From: a virus
Taxonomy: Duplodnaviria > Caudoviricetes
Virus record (IMG/VR): IMGVR_UViG_3300029288_007050
Location: 65,157-129,156 of that record
Reading direction: 5' to 3' (one strand)
DNA length: 64,000 nt
Part shown: in pieces, positions 57,712 to 64,000 of the stretch
How positions within the stretch are numbered: the stretch's first letter is position 1
How the letters are laid out: each line of letters opens with the position of its first letter
Translations under genes and position numbers: made by a program
The notes under the pieces: model-generated
The model's database searches: none
The model's input: the letters and a program-made list of their open reading frames with translations, nothing else
What the model was told of the DNA's origin: nothing

Positions 57712-58464
57712 ATGAAAATATTTGAAGAACCTTTAGACGAAAGTAGAGAACAAATGACTAATTTAGTATATTGGTTTCCTATTCTAGAAAGAATAGGTAT
57801 GAGAGTTCCGAGAACGACTATTGTTTACTCTGGTGATGTCCAACTTGGAAGACTTACTAGCAACGAAAAACCAGCAAATCTAAAAACATTTTTAGACAGA
57901 ATGGATTTAGCTTTAAAAGATTTTAAGTTTCCAGTCTTTCTTAGAACTGGTATGATGAGCGACAAACATGGTTGGAAAAATACTTGTTTTCTTAAAGACA
58001 GAAAAGATTTATTGCAACACGTCGGGACGATCGTTGAAACTAGTTATATTGCGAACATTGCTGGCCGACCTTTTGCATTTGATTTTTGGGCAATCAGAGA
58101 AATGATCGAAACAAAACCGATATTCAATTTTTTCTCTGGTGAAATGCCGATAACGAAGGAGTTTAGATTTTTTATAAAAAATGGAAAGGTACAATGTTTT
58201 CACCCATACTGGCCAGACGAAGCATTCAGAGGTCATTTGGACAAAGAACAAAAGAAAAAACTGAAAGAAATTCAAAAACTAAATAAAGCTGAAGAAAAAG
58301 AACTAATGTTAATGGCAACATATATAGCTCATTTCTTTAAAGATTATTGGTCTGTAGATTTTTTAAAAGCTAAAAACGGTGATTGGTATTGTATTGATAT
58401 GGCAGTGGGTGAGCGATCATATCATTGGCCAACATGCAAATATGCAAAAAACAAAAACGAATAA
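57712..58464 (+). CDS. ATP-grasp-like protein
   Basis: PVFLRTG..SDKH, IREMI, KEFRFFI, WSVDFL, WYCIDM. Confidence 0.7.
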   Translation: MKIFEEPLDESREQMTNLVYWFPILERIGMRVPRTTIVYSGDVQLGRLTSNEKPANLKTFLDRMDLALKDFKFPVFLRTGMMSDKHGWKNTCFLKDRKDLLQHVGTIVETSYIANIAGRPFAFDFWAIREMIETKPIFNFFSGEMPITKEFRFFIKNGKVQCFHPYWPDEAFRGHLDKEQKKKLKEIQKLNKAEEKELMLMATYIAHFFKDYWSVDFLKAKNGDWYCIDMAVGERSYHWPTCKYAKNKNE

Positions 58465-58864
58465 AATAGCTATCGCTTTCGGTTTCGGAAGAGAATCATA
58501 TCTGATGTACCAGAAACTGAAAAAACAAAAACCGACATTAATCACTTGTCTTGGCGAAGAAGACGATATTGACGAAAACGTAGTGAAACTGTTTGCTAGA
58601 AGTTTGGGTTTAAAAGTGTATGTAATTAAGAATAAAGAAGGTTTTAACGAAACTTGGGATTGGTATGAAGACGAGTATCCTCATCGCTGGCATTACAACA
58701 ATTCTATATTAAAGTATTTTAAGTCTAAAAAACCGTTTGATGTTCTTTATGTTGGAAGGAGAAAAATTGATTTACTCAAACGTTCTGATCTTACAAAAAA
58801 ACAAGTCGATTCAATCGAAATAGATAAAATTAAAAACGTTAGGTTCCCATGCTGGAACATATAA
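58442..58864 (+). CDS. Hypothetical protein with degenerate PP-loop (adenine nucleotide alpha hydrolase-like)
   Basis: IAIAFGFGRES resembles SGGxDS; LYVGRRKID. Confidence 0.45.
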   Translation: MQKTKTNKIAIAFGFGRESYLMYQKLKKQKPTLITCLGEEDDIDENVVKLFARSLGLKVYVIKNKEGFNETWDWYEDEYPHRWHYNNSILKYFKSKKPFDVLYVGRRKIDLLKRSDLTKKQVDSIEIDKIKNVRFPCWNI

Positions 58865-58868
58865 ATAT

Positions 58869-59162
58869 ATGGGAATGTTTGCAACATTAAAAGGCGAAGA
58901 ATTTACTAAATGTCCGAAATGCGGTCGTAGAGCGACGTGGCAATCAAAAGGTCTTTGGCTTACATATAAAGGTCGAGAATTCTGGATAGGGGATTACGGA
59001 AATATTGAATTGGACGAAAATATGAACGGTCATATAGTTGCTTGGGTTTTTCCGAAAGAAATGAAATTTCGAGACGGGACGACAGGATGCGGACATATTA
59101 CGTATTATAAAATAATAAAAGGGAAACTTATAGAATCAACAGAAGAAGAATACAACAATTAA
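58869..59162 (+). CDS. Zn-ribbon hypothetical protein
   Basis: MGMF..CPKCG..WQSK. Confidence 0.6.
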   Translation: MGMFATLKGEEFTKCPKCGRRATWQSKGLWLTYKGREFWIGDYGNIELDENMNGHIVAWVFPKEMKFRDGTTGCGHITYYKIIKGKLIESTEEEYNN

Positions 59163-59168
59163 AAAAAA

Positions 59169-59420
59169 ATGAAAACATTAATCATAAAAGGCAAACATAA
59201 AAACAAAGAAGTAGAAGTGAATCAATGGGGTTTTGATTGGTTTACTGTTAATAGTGGTGATTTCAAGATAGACGGTTATCCTTTTACACCGACTTCTTTG
59301 TCTTTCACTAAAAGCGGTATCGAGGAAATTCAGTCTAAACCAAATTATTTATTAGACGAATTCGAAGTAAAAGAAATAAAAACAAAATCAGAATACAAAT
59401 ATACTTTTAAAAAGAAATAG
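59169..59420 (+). CDS. Hypothetical protein
   Basis: 83-aa ORF. Confidence 0.6.
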   Translation: MKTLIIKGKHKNKEVEVNQWGFDWFTVNSGDFKIDGYPFTPTSLSFTKSGIEEIQSKPNYLLDEFEVKEIKTKSEYKYTFKKK

Positions 59421-59429
59421 ATTTATCGC

Positions 59430-61088
59430 ATGCAAATAACAAAAACTGGAGAAAATCTAATCATTAAATTCGACTATAATCCTGCTTTGATAGAAGTAGT
59501 CAAACAGTTTGACAGTCGCAAGTTTAATCCAGACACGAAAGAATGGATTGTTCCAGCAATTCATGTCAAAAAAGTTTTAGAAACACTGATACCTCTTGGT
59601 TTTTCAGCTAGTCAGACAGTTAGAGATGATTTCGACAGTGTCATAAAATACAAACAAAAAATCGAAAGAATCTTAGCTGGAGAGTTTAAAGAATCAGAAA
59701 AAGAAGCACTTCACAACACCGACTTGCCATTGTTTGATTTTCAAAAAATCGGAACGGGTTTTCTTTGTGCAACGAAGTCTTCTTTGCTTGGCGACGAACC
59801 GGGTCTTGGAAAATCTATACAAGCGTTAGCAACTACTGTGATTGGAGAAGCAAAAAGAGTTTTAGTTATCTGCCCGTCAACTTTAAAATTAAATTGGAGA
59901 GACGAAATATCTAAATGGATGAAAGATAAAAAAGTAATTGTTATTACTGGTGAAAAGAAAAAACGAAACGAACTATGGGCTGAAGAAGCTAATTATCATA
60001 TAGCTAATTATGAAATTTTGCTTCGAGATATTGATGAAATCAAGAAAAAAGACTGGGATTATATTATTGCAGACGAAGCAACAAGAATATCAAATCCAAA
60101 AGCAAAACAATCAAAGTTGATAAAGACAATTCCAGCGAAACATAGAATTGCTTTAACTGGTACTCCTTTAAATAATGCTGTGCAAGACATCTGGAATATT
60201 TTAGATTTTTGTCAACCAAACATACTTGGTTCATTTTGGCAGTTCACTTCGAAATATTGTGAAAAGGACAGATTCGGTGGCATTGTTAGCTATAAAAATT
60301 TGAACGATCTAAAACTATGTGTTGCCGACAATATGTTAAGAAGAAAAAAGAACGAAGTCTTGCGAGAACTACCAGATAAACTGTATGAAACTATATATGT
60401 TGAATTTGATGAAGAAGAAAAAAAGATATACGAAGCAGTTAAAAATGAGATTGTTAACGAGTTAAGAGAATATGCTATAAATAGAGTTTTAGACGATAAA
60501 TATTTGTCAAACGCTTTAGTTAAAATGATTAGACTAAAACAAGTGACTGGTAGTTTAGAATTAGTCAGTGAGCATAGATACTCGTCAAAAATAAACGCTC
60601 TTAAAGAACTTTTAGAAGACATCATTCATAATGGTTCGAAAGCTCTTGTATTTACTCAATTTTCTGAAATGGCCGATATTTTAGTAAGAGAATTAGACAA
60701 ATACAAACCTCTTCTTATTTCTGGTAAAGTTGAAAACGAAGATAGAAAACTTAACGTAGACAAGTTCCAGAATAATGAAGAAAACAGAGTGCTTATAAGT
60801 ACTGAAGCAGGTGGTTATGGTTTAAACCTTTTTAGAGCACAATATGTGATTCATTATGATCTACCTTGGAGCATATCTAAAATGGAGCAGAGAGAAGGTC
60901 GAGCGCATCGTATAGGGCAAAAGAATAACCTTACTGTGTTTAGACTGATCGTTGAAAAGACAGTTGATGAATATGTAATGAAAGTTCTCCATAAGAAACA
61001 AAAGATGTCTGAAGAAGTTCTTGGAGACAAAGAAAGAATAAAAAAGATTAAGCTCTCGAAAAACGATATAATGAAAATGTTAGAATAA
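59430..61088 (+). CDS. SNF2-family helicase with HARP-like N-terminus
   Basis: GDEPGLGKS, IADEA, LTGTP, VFTQF, EAGGYGLN, EQREGRAHRIGQ. Confidence 0.92.
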   Translation: MQITKTGENLIIKFDYNPALIEVVKQFDSRKFNPDTKEWIVPAIHVKKVLETLIPLGFSASQTVRDDFDSVIKYKQKIERILAGEFKESEKEALHNTDLPLFDFQKIGTGFLCATKSSLLGDEPGLGKSIQALATTVIGEAKRVLVICPSTLKLNWRDEISKWMKDKKVIVITGEKKKRNELWAEEANYHIANYEILLRDIDEIKKKDWDYIIADEATRISNPKAKQSKLIKTIPAKHRIALTGTPLNNAVQDIWNILDFCQPNILGSFWQFTSKYCEKDRFGGIVSYKNLNDLKLCVADNMLRRKKNEVLRELPDKLYETIYVEFDEEEKKIYEAVKNEIVNELREYAINRVLDDKYLSNALVKMIRLKQVTGSLELVSEHRYSSKINALKELLEDIIHNGSKALVFTQFSEMADILVRELDKYKPLLISGKVENEDRKLNVDKFQNNEENRVLISTEAGGYGLNLFRAQYVIHYDLPWSISKMEQREGRAHRIGQKNNLTVFRLIVEKTVDEYVMKVLHKKQKMSEEVLGDKERIKKIKLSKNDIMKMLE

Positions 61089-61095
61089 TGATATT

Positions 61096-61124
61096 TTTAC
61101 AAAGATGGCTAAATATGGTAGTAT
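61096..61124 (+). promoter_or_regulatory. Promoter (leaderless start follows)
   Basis: TTTACA-17-TAGTAT with TG extension; ATG at 61131. Confidence 0.65.
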
Positions 61125-61130
61125 CTAAAT

Positions 61131-61463
61131 ATGGTAGACGAAAATGATCAAAAAACATCTGAAGAAAGATGTAAAATATGCGGTAGGCTACTTAGTGAAT
61201 ATGACCCAAGTTGGAGTTGTAAGAAGAATCATCATTGGAGAAAAGATTGGGCGAAAGACAAAACTACAAAAAAATACAAACGATATTTAGAAAAAAGAAA
61301 TAAATCAATGAAGGAAGCTTGGAGGAGATCGCTAGACAAACTGAATAAAAAAACACCTCCAGAATATGCTTCTCGTCGAGGAGGCAAAGTTCTAGAGGAA
61401 TTAAAAAAGATGACAAAAAAGAGAAGGTATCTTAATGTCATTGAAAGAGATATAAAAATATAA
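61131..61463 (+). CDS. Basic Zn-finger hypothetical protein
   Basis: CKICG..C..H. Confidence 0.6.
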   Translation: MVDENDQKTSEERCKICGRLLSEYDPSWSCKKNHHWRKDWAKDKTTKKYKRYLEKRNKSMKEAWRRSLDKLNKKTPPEYASRRGGKVLEELKKMTKKRRYLNVIERDIKI

Positions 61464-61464
61464 T

Positions 61465-61689
61465 ATGGAAAACGAAAAGAAACTATTATCGGTCCATGAA
61501 ATCTGGAAAAGTAAAAAGATTTATTGGATCGTTACGTACAAAACTCTTTTGAAATATATCTCGAAGGATTATGTAGACATTTTTAAACCTATCGTCAAAG
61601 GAAGCAGAAGTGGAAAGAGATATTTCGTGACAGAAGACAATCTACAAGAGTTTATACGAAAGTTCGAAGGAAATGAACTAGCTAACTAA
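61465..61689 (+). CDS. Small DNA-binding (excisionase-like wHTH) protein
   Basis: LLSVHEI..GKRYFVTEDNLQEFI. Confidence 0.5.
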   Translation: MENEKKLLSVHEIWKSKKIYWIVTYKTLLKYISKDYVDIFKPIVKGSRSGKRYFVTEDNLQEFIRKFEGNELAN

Positions 61690-61705
61690 AAATATCACTG
61701 AGTAT

Positions 61706-61814
61706 TAATCGGTTTTTGTGTGCTTGATTGTTTGTCTGAACATCTTTAATTAACAATCCGATTGTTAATCCGGGGATTTTCTGCAACGGCAATCCAGCAC
61801 TCAGAAACCGATTA
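61706..61814 (+). promoter_or_regulatory. Long hairpin in the RNA ligase leader
   Basis: TAATCGGTTTTTGTGTGCTTGATTG / CAATCCAGCACTCAGAAACCGATTA. Confidence 0.55.
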
Positions 61815-61828
61815 TACAAAAAATTCTC

Positions 61829-62899
61829 ATGAACGACGTAAATCTTGAAAAACTAAAAAATTATATTGATCTTGGTTTGGTTTCAGAAAACGAACATCCA
61901 GAAAAAACAGAAATCAAAATCTATAATTACACTGCAAAATGTCAATTCGACAGGAAATGGGACGAAATAACTACAGTATGCAGAGGATTAGTAATTGACA
62001 CTAAAACTGGTGAAATATTAGCAAAACCCTTCGAAAAGTTTTTTAACTTACAAGAACATCTTGAAGTTTTTAAACTTCCATTACCCAACGAAGAACCAGT
62101 CATCACGCAAAAATACGATGGGTCGTTGGGGATTTTATATTGGTTGAATGACGAACCGTGGATAACAACGAGAGGTAGCTTTACGTCTGATCAAGCGCTA
62201 TGGGCGACTGCTTGGTTTAGGAAGAATGTAGATTATTCGAATCTTCCTAAAGACATAACTCTACTTTTCGAAATCATATATCCAGAAAACCGAATTGTAG
62301 TTAACTATGATTTCGAAGGTTTAGTATTTCTAGCGTCGATCGATAAAAAGACGGGAAGACAACTTGGTTATCGGCCAGATGGTGTCAGATCTGTAGAAAA
62401 AATCGAAAATACAGATATTCTCAAACTAGCAGAATTAAATGAAAAGAACAAAGAAGGTTTTGTTGTTTTTTATCCCAAAGCAAATCTTCGTTTGAAAATA
62501 AAATTTCCAGAATATGTCAGATTGCATAAGATTCTGACGGGATTGTCTATAAAAGGAATCTGGGAATATTTTGCAGAGCACGGAGTAGATGCAGATATAA
62601 GAAAAATAGCAACTAATGCACCAGATGAGTTTTACAAATGGATAGATTCTGTTGCTAAAAATTTCAAAGAAAAATATAAAGGAATAGAATATGAATGCGT
62701 GACGAATTTCAATTTGATTTCGTACGATCTGATTAAACTACCAGAAAAAACTAGAAAAGATTGGGCGATTAGAATAACAAAAACTAGATTTCCGAGCATA
62801 TTGTTCGCAATGTTAGACGGTAAAGACTATAAAAAGATAATATGGAGAATTCTTAGACCGACTGGTTTAAAAACTTTTAAAGATGACATCGACATATAA
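61829..62899 (+). CDS. RNA ligase, T4 Rnl1-like
   Basis: IYNY, CRGLV, PFEKFFN, KYDGSLG (motif I), TRGSF, FEIIYPENRIVV, EGFVV, RLKIK. Confidence 0.9.
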   Translation: MNDVNLEKLKNYIDLGLVSENEHPEKTEIKIYNYTAKCQFDRKWDEITTVCRGLVIDTKTGEILAKPFEKFFNLQEHLEVFKLPLPNEEPVITQKYDGSLGILYWLNDEPWITTRGSFTSDQALWATAWFRKNVDYSNLPKDITLLFEIIYPENRIVVNYDFEGLVFLASIDKKTGRQLGYRPDGVRSVEKIENTDILKLAELNEKNKEGFVVFYPKANLRLKIKFPEYVRLHKILTGLSIKGIWEYFAEHGVDADIRKIATNAPDEFYKWIDSVAKNFKEKYKGIEYECVTNFNLISYDLIKLPEKTRKDWAIRITKTRFPSILFAMLDGKDYKKIIWRILRPTGLKTFKDDIDI

Positions 62900-62901
62900 A
62901 T

Positions 62902-62984
62902 GCCGGGGTGTCGTAATGGCAGCCGAGGTAGGCTTAAAACCTGCTGAGCATTTGCTCGTGAGGGTTCGACTCCCTCTCCCGGCA
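62902..62984 (+). tRNA. tRNA-Leu(UAA)
   Basis: GCCGGGG acceptor stem; anticodon arm GTAGG-CTTAAAA-CCTGC; long variable arm; GGTTCGACTCC T-arm; CCA not encoded. Confidence 0.92.
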
Positions 62985-62992
62985 CAAATATT

Positions 62993-63460
62993 ATGAAAAT
63001 ATATTTTGATGGTTCTATTCGACAAAAAAATCCAGGTGGTATAGCTGGCTATGGTTGGATAATCAAAACTAACGAAGGCATAGCTTTGAAGTCTGGACAT
63101 GCAATTATTGGTTCTGGAAAAAACATGACAAACAATATAGCTGAATACACTGGTCTTTTAAGTGCTTTGACGTGGTTCGTTTCTTCTAAATATTTTGACC
63201 AGAATGAAAAACTATACATACACGGAGATTCTGCTTTAGTATGCAATATGGTTTCCAAAAAATGGGGTTGGGAAAAAGACGAAAAAGGTGTTAGAACTGG
63301 TCGATGGACGCCTCATAAAGACTTTCCTCTGTTAAAAGAACTTCTTAATAAAATTCTAGAAATCTTAAAAAATAAAAATGTGAAATATGTCGTCGAATGG
63401 ATACCAAGAGAAGAAAATGAAGATGCTGACAGAATATCTGATTCTTCTTTTGTTAAATGA
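62993..63460 (+). CDS. Ribonuclease HI-like protein
   Basis: YFDGS..NPG, TNNIAEY, HGDSALV, WIPREENEDAD. Confidence 0.9.
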   Translation: MKIYFDGSIRQKNPGGIAGYGWIIKTNEGIALKSGHAIIGSGKNMTNNIAEYTGLLSALTWFVSSKYFDQNEKLYIHGDSALVCNMVSKKWGWEKDEKGVRTGRWTPHKDFPLLKELLNKILEILKNKNVKYVVEWIPREENEDADRISDSSFVK

Positions 63461-63476
63461 TAATAGTCTAAGGATA

Positions 63477-63505
63477 TTTACAAATATATCAGAATATGGT
63501 ATAAT
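63477..63505 (+). promoter_or_regulatory. Early promoter
   Basis: TTTACA-17-TATAAT with TG extension. Confidence 0.8.
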
Positions 63506-63535
63506 ATAAATACAATCATTAATAAACTAAAAAAC

Positions 63536-64000
63536 ATGATCAAAATCAAAATACATTCTTTCGTAGACGTTATCACTAATTCTTCGACTACCATTTATTG
63601 TCAGTGCACAGACAAGACAATTTTAGCTGCAAAAGAACTCATTAACTTTTTTCTGAAAGAATCTGGAAGCAAAAAGACAGCTGACGATCTATTTGAGTTT
63701 AAATTGGTATTGAGCGAAAGAGCAATTGAAAATCTCGCTGGAATGATCGACGAAGGAGATCTTGATGATTATCTTAAAGAAAATAAATACAGAAAAGGAA
63801 ATAGCACGAAGTTGGCAGAAAAAATCTTAACAGACATCGAAAAAGGCAAAGTATACGAACCAGACGTTGATTACAAGACTAATGGAGATGGAATGAATGA
63901 AGAAGAGTTATTGATAATTCCAAAAAGCGACAAAGCAAACGTCATCAATTTAGCGAATAAAATAAACGATATATTTGAAATTGATGCATATCATGACTAA
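63536..64000 (+). CDS. Hypothetical phage protein
   Basis: SFVDVITNSSTTIY N-terminal motif. Confidence 0.7.
   Translation: MIKIKIHSFVDVITNSSTTIYCQCTDKTILAAKELINFFLKESGSKKTADDLFEFKLVLSERAIENLAGMIDEGDLDDYLKENKYRKGNSTKLAEKILTDIEKGKVYEPDVDYKTNGDGMNEEELLIIPKSDKANVINLANKINDIFEIDAYHD

Noticed and set aside
1-64000. Stop-codon reassignment
   Set aside because: Genes are full length under code 11 and end in TAA, TAG or TGA; the break at 52861 needs a frame change, not readthrough.

Overview
An AT-rich segment of a tailed dsDNA phage genome using the standard genetic code. The host is not identified; weak or absent Shine-Dalgarno signals and sigma70-type promoters are visible. Minus strand 1-33006 is the late region. 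It holds a >2300-aa virion surface/fibre protein running off the left edge (missing from the ORF track), a ~17 kb glycan synthesis/modification cluster, a Mu gpT-like major capsid protein, a decoration protein, a double-protease/scaffold protein, a DUF935-like portal and small membrane proteins. Plus strand 34.5-64 kb is the early region, driven by repeated TTTACA-N16/17-(TG)nTATAAT promoters. It encodes many small proteins, a GHKL ATPase-HEXXH protein, an ADP-ribosyltransferase-like protein, SNF2 helicase, Rnl1-type RNA ligase, tRNA-Leu(UAA) and RNase HI, and is interrupted by a minus-strand terminase/HTH island with iteron-like repeats. The main discovery is at 34655-43204: 14 consecutive gene cassettes, each enclosed by its own ~25-45 nt inverted-repeat pair. 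The pairs share only a core (5' TCTGGAACT / 3' AGTTTCAAA), co-vary pair by pair, favour G-U wobble on the sense strand and keep a fixed C-A mismatch. They look like RNA processing stems with the whole gene in the loop. Related stems enclose several ncRNA candidates and two minus-strand genes. Also notable are a probable -1 frameshift into a lytic transglycosylase and two same-architecture pseudoknots upstream of paralogous glycosyltransferases. All family calls come from motif recognition by eye; no database searches were run.
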